Assembly (NCBI GenBank): GCA_030704615.1
Contig: CM060731.1
Location: forward strand, 32,116,001-32,180,000
DNA length: 64,000 nt
Direction of reading: 5' to 3'
Origin: Takakia lepidozioides
Lineage: Eukaryota; Plantae; Bryophyta
Below are positions 24,559 to 35,862 of the stretch, piece by piece. The first letter of the stretch is position 1, and each line of letters opens with the position of its first letter. The position numbers and the translations under genes were made by a program. The notes below the pieces were generated by a model that saw only the letters and a program-made list of their open reading frames with translations, made no database searches and was not told the DNA's origin.

Positions 24559-25198
24559 CACTGTTGGACTGGTATACCTGGTTGAACCTAGGTATGGGAT
24601 ACAGGTATGAATATATATATTGAAGAACATACCAGTCGGGTATGAAAGAACCAGTATACCCATGTGATAGGGGTACTGGGGGAGTATGGCTTTAGGATTT
24701 CCCCCACACACACCATACCAGTCTGGGTATATGGAGGAATAGCATGGTCCCGATACCAGTATTGCTGTGAGTTCATGGTGAATGGAGGTAGGTATGAGTA
24801 TATGTTAGTGCAGCTAGTTATACCCTGTACTACAATTTGGTTAATTCAAGGCTCCATGTTGCAATTTAGACTTCATTTGCTGTTTCGTGCTACTTTGGGT
24901 TACCTTTGCCTAGTGTTTCACGACTTGGATTAAAATTAACTATGTGCTAAATGACATTTATTTCTATGTATGGTGAGCGTAGAAATACCATACCAGTGCT
25001 CATACCCCCCCAATATCACTACAGAGAAAGGGCAATACCAGTACCATACTCATATACAGCCTAAAGTACAACTACTCACATACCCAAGTTGCTCATACCT
25101 GTATAGATACCTATACCAGCCTGGTATGAAAAAGGGGTGGGACCCTTCATACCAGGACCAGTCTGGTATTAAAAAATGGACATACCAGTCCAACACTG
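24559..25198. mobile_element. hAT-family MITE
   Basis: TIR CA(C/G)TGTTGGACTGGTAT; 8-bp TSD TACTGAAC (24551-24558, 25199-25206); internal GGTAT/ATACC subrepeats. Confidence 0.88.
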
Positions 25199-25626
25199 TA
25201 CTGAACACAGGAAATTCCAGTGCGCAACTAACTTGCCAACTTCTACACCTTGTCTGGGTTCACGAAATCGCAAATGATTCAAAACTGGTGACTTTGCAAT
25301 GGCCACATTCCTGCAACTGCAAATGTGATCACTCCAGTTGTGGATGGTTTATGTAACGGAAATTATAGACACTACAACTTATTCAAAGGTTCCACCTCAG
25401 CTATTGATATACAGGTGGACTTTAAGAAGCAAAACGAGATAGCAGCGAAATGATCAGTACGTAGGAATCAATTTCGAATCAGTCGACTTGAAGTTTTAAG
25501 CCCACAGGTTTAAGATTGACTTTTGCGATGATGTTTCACAAAATGAATTGCAATTTGAGTTTGCTTGAAATCGTCTTTAGAATATACAATCTGTTGTTCT
25601 ACGGTTCTCTATGATCTTTGATGCAG

Positions 25627-27118
25627 GCGATTTAACGGAAAGGAACATGTCTTCGTCGCGAACTATTTCCATCCAGAAGGGGACGAATCTTCCTAGGTAA
25701 GATGTGCACTAAGTGACCGGCGTGAGCATCTTATATCATTAACGCTCGTTAATATGTAATGAACTCGAAAGCAACTTTGATGCCCCACTGCATGAGTGTC
25801 AAGCTGTCCAGAACCTTTTAATTCCTCAGAAAACTCAGACAAACACAACATTAAGCTTCTGCTAGCTCCTGTAACTTCTGCTAACTCTACAAGCCAGCTC
25901 GCTGGCTGATCCCCCGGCATCGTTTCCTTGTCCTCGTCCTTGTCATTCAGCTGCTTGTTCACTGCAACCCACCCCACATGTCAGGTAAGTGTTCTTACCT
26001 GTACATTTATGTTGTACAGGGGCGTTTCCAACGGAAGAAAAAGCAGCTGATTGCTTACAACATTATGTCTCTGCGGCATAAGGGGAGGCTAGACATGGAT
26101 GTTGACACGGGACTCTACCCTGTATGTCCTCTGGATCACAGTATTTAGCTACCGTGTAGCACTATTCCAGTTGCGACTTTATAAGGCAATCTTATTGTTC
26201 TGAAAAGCAAGCAAATGTGAAGTACTCATCCGGTGGGAAATGTAAAGCCTTGATACTGGGTATTTCAATGTTGTAGGTCACAAAGTATGCGCGGGCCTTG
26301 GCAAAGTGGAATGGGCGACACATCATGGACCTCATCTGTCATTTGCGGAAAAGGTTATGCCAAGCATGCACCGCTAGCTACTGCGATTTCACATCATCCT
26401 TTTCCAGTAAATTCGTAGCATCTATCTACAAATTACTTATTCTTCAAGGTGATTATGTTCGAGTGTACATAGAAAGATTAATTAATTGATCCCGAATTAC
26501 AAACCGTGGGGTTTAAACTTGTCACATGTCTGTGCTCAACAACTGCAGGGCGCGCTTGGCCGACGGGACGCGGGTCTACAGGCATGTGAAAGCGTAAGTG
26601 ATGGAATTCCTGCGTAAGTGACGGTGTTCAAAACATCAAGCACTCGAATGTCTCCACGTTCGCAAAACTTGTTGTGCAGATAATTCACGAAATGTAACTT
26701 GGGATTATATGAACCCTCAGTGGATTTCTCTATACATACTCAGCCTTCCTCGACCTTGAAAAGCTAAGACTATTCATGCATCTGTTGATTGGTGTGGTGT
26801 GTCTGCTGTGTGCATTAATGCAGACGGGAAAGCAAAACGTTGGGAAAACGATGGGTCGCTCAAGTTCCTTACAAAGAGGGAGGATTGCGACGGTGCAAAA
26901 GTAAGACTTTCGGTGAGTTATAAACTGTGCTACAGTATAGCTCGTAATCTTACATTCACATCACATCAACTCATGAATGATGCTAAATTAGTTTGAAACG
27001 AACTGCGAGGACGCAGGGAAATATGTTTGATGCATCCATCGACGTGATTTGCAAGAGTATACGACATCTTGATCTCATACCATCGTCAACAATTTTGGTT
27101 CACAATGATAATTTTCAG
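25627..27118 (+). pseudogene. Divergent double-AP2 transcription-factor-like gene, copy A (frameshifted)
   Basis: Same exons as copy B, but the first exon has a 4-nt deletion (in-frame TAG at 25694-25696) and the next exon has a +1 insertion. Confidence 0.75.
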
Positions 27119-29419
27119 GTACAGCAAAAGAGGCAGCCCAGTATGTTGAGCAGTGTCTCATCGAGATGGAAGGCTTTAACGCATGGACAAAATCAAGCCG
27201 ACCTAGTCGGTATTCGCCAGACATGCCCAGAAACTATTGGCCAGCTCCCTTCAAGAACTGGAGGACTGGCTTGTCTGTCAAGTGGCCCGGAAAACGGGCT
27301 AAAAAAATAGTCGTCACTTAGGGCATTTCTTGATCAACTGTTCAATATCCTTGCAAGTTTACCATGCACGCAAGGATTGAGTAGTGGTTCGCAAATGTAA
27401 ATTTCAGCCAGATCATGAAACTCCTCAAGATGCTATGTATCCTCCAAGCCTCAAGGCTCATTTCGGCATGGCTAATGTTTAGAATTCTGACTTCGAAACT
27501 CAGTCTTCGGAACCTGCGGATAGTGTTCGTTGCAAGTAATGATCTGCTATTTTGCCAAACAACGCATACATTCCTTTCTTTAGAGCAAACCGATTCATGC
27601 GGCCTCCTGTATAGACCCTTAAGTGGAGCACGAAACAGTGGAGTGCTAGTTTCTAGGCATGAAGGCCCATGATGCCAGAATGTAGTTACAAATGCAAGAA
27701 TGCACTGTTCATGGAGTTCACAACGAATCATTGAACTGTAATCTTCCGGAAGATTTTATTAGGATGTTTTGAAATAACCTGATCATCAATCCTTGCATCA
27801 TAAGCACAATCCTCTAGGGATCATCAACTTGGGAAGAGCTTGGGAAGGCACTTGATGACATTCAGGCAAGTTCTGGATGGTCATTGCTAATTACTCCTAG
27901 CTGCTGACCAGGAGAGTGCCATAACTTCCCCTAGCCATTGAATAAGGGCACGTTAGTGAGGGAAGTAAGGGGACGTATATATGGGAGAGAGGTGCAGACG
28001 TTGCTGCGAAAGTACACGTGTGACCCTTTGCAGATTGCACCTGTAGAACAGAAAGCACAGAACAATCTTGAAGTACAGGGTTGAATGCTGCCAGCGTACA
28101 GATTCCTGCTCGCACCAGTTTCTCAAGGGCCCTTCACTCACTCCATAGTTCTGCACACACATCCTCCACCACAAAAAAGTTGGCATTGTTCTTCCATTTA
28201 TCTATTTTATTTGGTCCCTTTGGCTTACAGATTTCAGATTCACAATAGATACCATTCACACTTTGTTAACTAAGGAATTGCCTTAAAAAAGGCTTATCAC
28301 TAGACAAGAAAGCTTGTTAATATTATGTTTTGGTGCCTACCTTCTTAAAATGAGCCACCCCTACGATCACGCAGTGGAGACACTTCCATCTCTAACAATT
28401 TGCAAATGATTGACCAGTCTCGCTGTTCGCACCATGTTACAAATTACAATGAAGAAAGTAAGTAGCCAAGCCGATATACGGCACAGATTACACAAAAACT
28501 AGAGTCGAAACTTGAAACAGTGATTATTACGTGAAATCTTGGGGAAAAGGCAAGAACAACGTACACAGGCCCAGCAGTCTGAACAAAGAGGAGATGGAAC
28601 CTGCCAAAGTTTAGGGTACCATCTGCACTCCACAGCCATGATGACCTACCACTTCAGAAGAGGATTCTACAAAAAGTAAGCACCTTATGTGAAAGGACAG
28701 TAACAAAGAGGGCTCCGAGTTGTTTCCCAGCGAGTTGATATTATAGTACACAACCAGAAACTAGAACTGAGGAAGCGCCGAAACACAAAACTGACAGCAT
28801 TAATTTGACGGACATCGGAAAGAGAGGCAGGGCACTATGAGAGAGAGCTGAAAGAAAGCTGTTGGATGCCACAATTTTCTATTTGGAATTGCCTCCCGCT
28901 CAGAAGCCACAACATCTACGAGATCGTCTCCCCCTCAATTTTGCAGGAATCCGATGCTGAATGCAGCAGGAAGGGGATCGCTACTGCTCCTACCAGCTGC
29001 GAATTAGTTCTTGGAAGTGAAAAGGATCGCCTCCAGGAAGCATCAGGTCGTATATATGGATATCGATGTGGGGTGTAGCTGGAAGATGGAGATATCACAT
29101 TATAGTGGTCAGAAAGCTCTGACAAGGGAGGAGAAGGAATTACATCAGCTAGGTACCCAGTGATGTGCCGTCTATGCTGGAGTATCTCAGGAATGGTACT
29201 GTTTTTTCCATGGGACTTCACTCAGCGGTATCGATCCCTGGGCTATTTTTAGTAAAAGCAAACTTCACCCTTCACCCATACTTCACCCTGGGCTATATTT
29301 AGTAAAATCAAACTTTTCAAATGGGCTCAGGACATTCGGGTCAGGACATTCAGCAGTCGATAAATGTAGTACTCCTGCAAATTCTTTGGGTTTCAACATT
29401 TCTTTGTGTGCTTGAGCAA

Positions 29420-29745
29420 GAGAATATCAGTTGGTGGCTGCGACCAGCTTGAAGCCGCCTAGCTCAGCTGTGACCTTGAAGCCGCTTCTTCAGGAAGAGA
29501 TTATCATCTGGTGGCTGCAACCTTGAAGCCGCCTAGCTCAGCAGTGCCTGTGACCTGTGACTGAAGAGATTATCAGTTGGTGGCTCTGATCTTGAAGCCG
29601 CCTAGCTTAGCAGCGCCTGTGACCTTGAAGCCGCTTCAGGAAGAGATTATCAGTTGGTGACCTTGCCTAGCTCAGTAGAGGTGACCTTGAAGCCGCTGGA
29701 GAGATTAGCAGTTGGTGGCTGTGACCTTGAAGCTGCCTAGCTAAC
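29420..29745 (+). repeat. Variable-copy minisatellite upstream of the RNase H ORF (about 5 units)
   Basis: Modules GAAGAGATTATCAGTTGGTGGCT and GACCTTGAAGCCGCCTAGCTCAG recur every ~60-80 bp; only about 3 units at 34670-34878. Confidence 0.8.
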
Positions 29746-30177
29746 ATGACTACTCCACTTCAAGTAGAAGTTCATTACGATGCCAGTGCTAGGGGATGGG
29801 GCGCTTGGTGCTTAGAGGCAGGTCACACAAGTGAATTTCACGGGGAATTCTTGGATTCCAACATTAACCATTTGTCGACATCTTCAACACGGAGGGAGCT
29901 GCTTGCGTTGCAATCTTTTCTGGAAAAGGCCGGTCAGAGTTTGGCTTATTCAAGGATGGTGGTTATAGGGGACTCGCAAGGAGCTCACATAGTGCTTTCA
30001 AGAGGTGGATCTCGACATTCTCACCTCCAAGAAGTGCATACACGGATTCTACAGCTTTGTGAAGATTATTCTATCGTCCTAGATCATTCTATATGGGTGC
30101 CTAGAAACCAGAACAAGCTTGCTGATAGCTTGTCTAAAGCATGGAAATCCAATTCCAGGATTCAACGTATTCAGTGA
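29746..30177 (+). CDS. Stand-alone RNase H (DIRS1-type RNase HI-like domain), 143 aa
   Basis: HYDASARGWGA, SSTRRELLAL, VIGDSQ, SRGGSR, WVPRNQNKLADSLSK match the DIRS RNase H pattern; all four acidic catalytic positions (D,E,D,D) are present; ATG to stop is intact. Confidence 0.8.
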   Translation: MTTPLQVEVHYDASARGWGAWCLEAGHTSEFHGEFLDSNINHLSTSSTRRELLALQSFLEKAGQSLAYSRMVVIGDSQGAHIVLSRGGSRHSHLQEVHTRILQLCEDYSIVLDHSIWVPRNQNKLADSLSKAWKSNSRIQRIQ

Positions 30178-31289
30178 AGAAGCTCCCCCTCTCGTATGGG
30201 TGTACCTCTTTTGCCAACAAGCAAGGCTTTGCCTGCTTGTTGAAAGTGGTCAACATTAGATTACAGTATGTTATGCCTAGACGTACTTCAAGATCGGTAT
30301 GAGGTCTTCCAGATTTTTATCTTACTACTGGATCGATCCTAGTGGATCACTGATTTCAACAGCTGGTCATTAAATTACATTAGATTATAGTATGTTATGC
30401 CTAGACGTAAAGCCATCAAGATCAGTATGAGGTACTTCCAGATTTATTATCTATCTACTGGATCAATCCTAGTAACATTGTGGATCACCGATTTCAACAG
30501 CTGGTCATTAAATTACATTGTAAAATGTTTATTTAGAAGATAATGCTAAATTACATTGGTAAAGTTCTGTGGGCAAGATGTGGTACCTTCACACACGCGC
30601 GCGCTCGCACTCTGCGCTTTTGTGTTGGCACCGCACATTCCTGCCCCCGAGGACTTGAGCCACCCGCAGGAGATCGACGGCCCCCGCACCAGTTTACGCT
30701 ATCCGACGCTCCATAGTTTCTGGCCCTTTGCATTATTAATGAAATTCCTAAAACTACCACCACAGAGGTAATGTTAGTGCTTCATCACAAGCTATATTCA
30801 AATATCTAAAATATATCTTGGAGGTTTCTACCCGAGTTGTCGGGCGGGTGGGCCCACCCTCGACCAGCGCCCGGGTATCAAGGTCTACAGACCGGGAAAA
30901 AGAGACACGTGGAACATGGGTGAGTTCGACCCGGCGTGGGCTACTTACGTGCGTGTGCTGCCGACTGTGCGTGCACATCGTCTGTGGCAGGGCTGCACCT
31001 GCAGTCTGGGACCGTCCTCCGCGTTTCTCCACAAACAATCCTACAAGGCGTGATGCGGATCCGGTGGCCACCCTCGAGGAATTGGGGGCTCTTCTCTGCA
31101 GTGCTGCTGCATGGGCCACCTCTCTCCAAGGGGGTGGAAAGGTGGTTCACCTATTAACCGAGTCATAGTTGGTGATCCAATTAAGATTGACTTTTGCGAT
31201 GATGTTTCACAATATGCGTTGCTGAGTTTGCTTTCGACTTTAGAATATACAATCTATTGTTCTACTGTTATCTATGGTCTTTGATGCAG

Positions 31290-32750
31290 GCGATTCAACG
31301 GAAAGGAACATGTCTGTGTCGCGAACTACTTCCATCCAGAACGAAGGGGACGAATCTTCCTAGGTAAGATGTGCACTAAGTGACCGGCATGCTTATATCA
31401 TTAACGCTCGTTTATACGTAATGAACTCGAAAGCAACTTTGATGCCCCACTGCATGAGTATCAAGCTGTCCAGAACCTTTTAATTCCTCAGAAAACTCAG
31501 ACAAACACAACATTAAGCTTCTGCTAGCTCCTGTAACTTCTGCTTACTCTACAGGCCAGCTCGCTGACTGATCCCGCGGCACCCTTTGCTTGTCATTCAG
31601 CTGCTTGATCACTGCAACCCACCCCACATGTTAGGTAAGTGTTCTTACCTGTACATTTATGTTGTACAGGGGAGTTTCCAACGGAAAAACAAGCAGCTGA
31701 TGCTTACAACATCATGTCTCTGCGGCATAAGGGGAGGCTAGACATGGATGTTGACACGGGACTCTACCCTGTATGTCCTCTGGATCACAGTATTTAACTA
31801 ACGTGTAGCACTATTCCAGTTGCGACTTAAGGCAATCTTATTGTTCTGAAAAGCAAGCAAATGTGAAGTACTCATCCGGTGGGAAATGTAAAGCCTTGAT
31901 ACTGGGTATTTCAATGTTGTAGGTCACAAAGTATGCGCGGGCCTTGGCAAAGTGGAATGGGCGACACATCATGGACCTCATCTGTCATTTGCGGAAAAGG
32001 TTATGCCAAGCCTGCACCGCTAGCTACTGCGATTTCACATCATCCTTTTCCAGTAAATTCGTAGCATCTATCTACAAATTACTTATTCTTCAAGGTGATT
32101 ATGTTCGAGTGTACATAGAAAGATTAATTAATTGATCCCGAATTACAAACCGTGGGTTTTAAACTTGTCACATGTCTGTGCTCAACAACTGCAGGGCGCG
32201 CTTGGCCGACGGGACGCGGGTCTACAGGCATGTGAAAGCGTAAGTGACGGTGTTCAAAACATCAAGCACTCGAATGTCTCCTCGTTCGCAAAACTTCTTG
32301 TGCAGATAATTTTGTGTTCACGAAATGTAACTTGGGATTATATGAACCCTCAGTGGATATACATACTCAGCCTTCTGTCCCTCGACCTTGAAAAGCTAAG
32401 ACTATGCATGCATCTGTTGATTGGTGTGGTGTGTGTGTTGTGTGCATTAATGCAGACGGGAAAGCAAAACGTTGGGAAAACGATGGGTCGCTCAAGTTCC
32501 TTACAAAGAGGGAGGATTGCGACGGTGCAAAAGTAAAATTTTTGGTGAGTTATAAAGTGTGTTACAGCATAGCTCGCAATCTTACATTCACATCACATCA
32601 ACTCATGAATGATGCTAAATTAGTTTGAAACGAACTGCGAGGACGCAGGGAAATATGTTTGATGCATCCATCGACGTGATTTGCCAGAGTATACGACATC
32701 TTCTTATACCATCGTCAACAATATTTGTTCACAATGATAATTTTCAGGTA
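31290..32750 (+). pseudogene. Divergent double-AP2 gene, copy B (first AP2 repeat and linker in frame; second repeat decayed; 5' end missing)
   Basis: GT-AG exons 31290-31363, 31670-31770, 31923-31999, 32195-32239 and 32456-32532 splice to RFNGKEHVCVANYFHPERRGRIFLGEFPTEKQAADAYNIMSLRHKGRLDMDVDTGLYPVTKYARALAKWNGRHIMDLICHLRKRARLADGTRVYRHVKARESKTLGKRWVAQV..., followed by a frameshifted ARVYDI segment. Confidence 0.75.
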
Positions 32751-34878
32751 CAGCAAAAGAGGCAGCCCAGTATGTTGACCAGTGTCTCATCGAGATGGAA
32801 GGCTTCAACGCATGGACAAATTCAAGTCGACCTAGTCGGTATTCGCCAGACATGCCCAGAAACTATTGGCCAGCTCCCTTCAAGAACTGGAGGACTGGCT
32901 TGTCTGTTAAGTGGCCCGGAAAACGGGCTAAAAAAATAGTCGTCACTTAGGGCATTTCTTGATCAAATGCAAGAATGCACTGTTCTTGGAGTTCATCAAC
33001 GAATCATTCAACTATAATCTTCCGGAAGATTTTATTAGGATGTTTTTGAAGCTGTGGAAAATAACCTGATCATCAATCCTTGCATCATAAGCACAATCCT
33101 CTAGGGATCATCAACTTGGGAAGGCACTTGATGACATTCAGGCAAGTTCTGGATGGTCATTGCTAATTACTCCTAGCTGCTGACCAGGAGAGTGCCATAA
33201 CTTCCCCTGGCCATTGAATAAGGGCACGTTGGTGAGGGAAGTAAGGGAACGTATATATGGGAGAGAGGTGCAGACGTTGCTGCGAAAGTACACGTGTGAC
33301 CCTTTGCAGAGGATGTGTCAGCAGATTGCACCTGTAGAACAGAAAGCACAGAACAATCTTGAAGTACAGGGTTGAATGCTGCCAGAGTCCAGAGTCCCTG
33401 CTCGCACCAGTTTTTCAAGGGCCCTTCACTCACTCCATAGTCCTGCACACACATCCTCCACCACAAAAAAGCTGGCATTGTTCTTCCATTTATCTATTTT
33501 ATTTGGTCCCTTTGGCTTACAGATTTCAGATTCACAATAGAAAAAAGGCTTATCACTAGACAAGAAAGCTTGTTAATATTATGTTTTGGTGCCTACCTTC
33601 TTAAAATGAGCCACCCCTACGATCACGCAGTGGAGACACTTCCATCTTTAACGATTTGAAAATGATTGACCAGTCTCGCTGTTCGCACCATGTTACAAAT
33701 TACAATGAAGAAAGTAAGTAGCCGATATACGGCACAGATTACACAACAACTAGAGTCGAAACTTGAAACAGTGATTATTACGTGAAATCTTGGGGAAAAG
33801 GCAAGAACAACGTACACAGGCCCAGCAGTCTGAACAAAGAAGAGATGGAACCTGCCAAAGTTTAGGGTACCATCTGCACTCCACAGCCATGGTGACCTAC
33901 CACTTCAGAAGAGGATTCTACAAAAAGTAAGCACCTTATGTGAAAGGACAGTAACAAAGAGGGCTCCGAGTTGTTTCCCAGCGAGTTGATATTATAGTAC
34001 ACACCCAGAAACTAGAACTGAGGAAGCGCCGAAACACAAAACTGACAGCATTAATTTGACGGACATCGGAAAGAGAGGCAGGGCACTATGAGAGAGAGCT
34101 GAAAGAAAGCTGTTGGATGCCACAATTTTCTATTTGGAATTGCCTCCCGCTCAGAAGCCACAACATCTACGAGATCGTCTCCCCCTCAATTTTGCAGGAA
34201 TCCGATGCTGAATGCAGCAGGAAGGGGATCGCTACTGCTCCTACCAGCTGCGAATTAGTTCTTGGAAGTGAAAAGGATCGCCTCCAGGAAGCATCAGGTC
34301 GTATATATGGATATCGATGTGGGGTGTAGCTGGAAGATGGAGATATCACATTATAGTGGTCAGAAAGCTCTGACAAGGGAGGAGAAGGAATTACATCAGC
34401 TAGGTACCCAGTGATGTGCCGTCTATGCTGGAGTATCTCAGGAATGGTACTGTTTTTTCCATGGGACTTCACTCAGCGGTATCGATCCCTGGGCTATTTT
34501 TAGTAAAAGCAAACTTCACCCTTCACCCATACTTCACCCTGGGCTATATTTAGTAAAATCAAACTTTTCAAATGGGCTCAGGACATTCGGGTCAGGACAT
34601 TCAGCAGTCGATAAATGTAGTACTCCTGCAAATTCTTTGGGTTTCAACATTTCTTTGTGTGCTTGAGCAAGAGAATATCAGTTGGTGGCTGCGATCAGCT
34701 TGAAGCCGCCTAGCTTAGCAGTGCCTGTGACCTGTGACTGAAGAGATTATCAGTTGGTGGCTCTGATCTTGCAGCCGCGTACCTCAGCAGCTGTGAGCTT
34801 GAAGCCACTGAAGAGATAATCAGTTGGTGGTGACCTTGCCTAGCTCAGTAGAGGTGACCTTGAAGCTGCCTAGCTAAC

Positions 34879-35310
34879 ATGACTACTCCACTTCAAGTGG
34901 AAGTTCATTACGATGCCAGTGCTAGGGGATGGGGCGCTTGGTGCTTAGAGGCAGGTCACACAAGTGAATTTCACGGGGAATTCTTGGATTCCAACATTAA
35001 CCATTTGTCGACATCTTCAACACGGAGGGAGCTGCTTGCGTTGCAATCTTTTCTGGAAAAGGCCGGTCAGAGTTTGGCTTATTCAAGGATGGTGGTTATA
35101 GGGGACTCGCAAGGAGCTCACATAGTGCTTTCAAGAGGTGGATCTCGACATTCTCACCTCCAAGAAGTGCATACACGGATTCTACAGCTTTGTGAAGATT
35201 ATTCTATCGTCCTAGATCATTCTATATGGGTGCCTAGAAACCAGAACAAGCTTGCTGATAGCTTGTCTAAAGCATGGAAATCCAATTCCAGGATTCAACG
35301 TATTCAGTGA
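34879..35310 (+). CDS. Stand-alone RNase H (DIRS1-type), duplicate copy, 143 aa
   Basis: Protein identical to 29746-30177; one synonymous difference seen (GTA/GTG, Val7). Confidence 0.8.
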   Translation: MTTPLQVEVHYDASARGWGAWCLEAGHTSEFHGEFLDSNINHLSTSSTRRELLALQSFLEKAGQSLAYSRMVVIGDSQGAHIVLSRGGSRHSHLQEVHTRILQLCEDYSIVLDHSIWVPRNQNKLADSLSKAWKSNSRIQRIQ

Positions 35311-35862
35311 AGAAGCTCCCCCTCTCTCGTATGGGTGTACCTCTTTTGCCAACAAGCAAGGCTTTGCCTGCTTTTTGAAAGTGGTCAACATTAGATTATA
35401 GTATGTTATGCCTAGACGTACTTCAAGATCAGTATGAGGTCTTCCAGATTTATTATCTAACTACTGGATCGATCCTAGTGGATCACTGATTTCAACAGCT
35501 GGTCATTAAATTACATTAGATTATAGTATGTTATGCCTAGACGTAAAGACATCAAGATCAGTATGAGGTACTTCCAGATTTATTATCTATCTATAGGATC
35601 GTTCCTAGTAACATTGTGGATCACCGATTTCAACAGCTGGTCATTAAATTACATTGTGAATTGTTATTTAGAATATAATGCTAAATTATATTGTTAAAGT
35701 TCTGTGGGCAAGATGTGGTAGTCGATTTAAAATCGCTTATCTGTGAGCATTCAAAAATATTTTTCAAAGTACATGAGGTCATTGCAAGGCATTGCAAGGC
35801 CTAGCTTCAATTATGTGAACCGCCGTCTACACACTAACTATACATTTCCCTGATTCACACTA

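Larger units (their letters stand above)
25510..35720 (+). repeat. Tandem segmental duplication: unit A ~25510-30577, unit B ~31161-35719, with a ~580-bp unique filler between them
   Basis: Colinear near-identity from TTAAGATTGACTTTTGCGATG to GGGCAAGATGTGGTA; identical ORF translations in both units. Confidence 0.95.

Noticed and set aside
27897-29221. Minus-strand ORFs and exon-like pieces conserved in both duplication units
   Set aside because: Conservation is explained by recent duplication; no protein family recognised.
29420-29745. Repeat array next to a nuclease ORF, superficially CRISPR-like
   Set aside because: Units are degenerate, the intervening sequences are themselves repeats rather than unique spacers, the context is eukaryotic and no cas genes are present; treated as a minisatellite.
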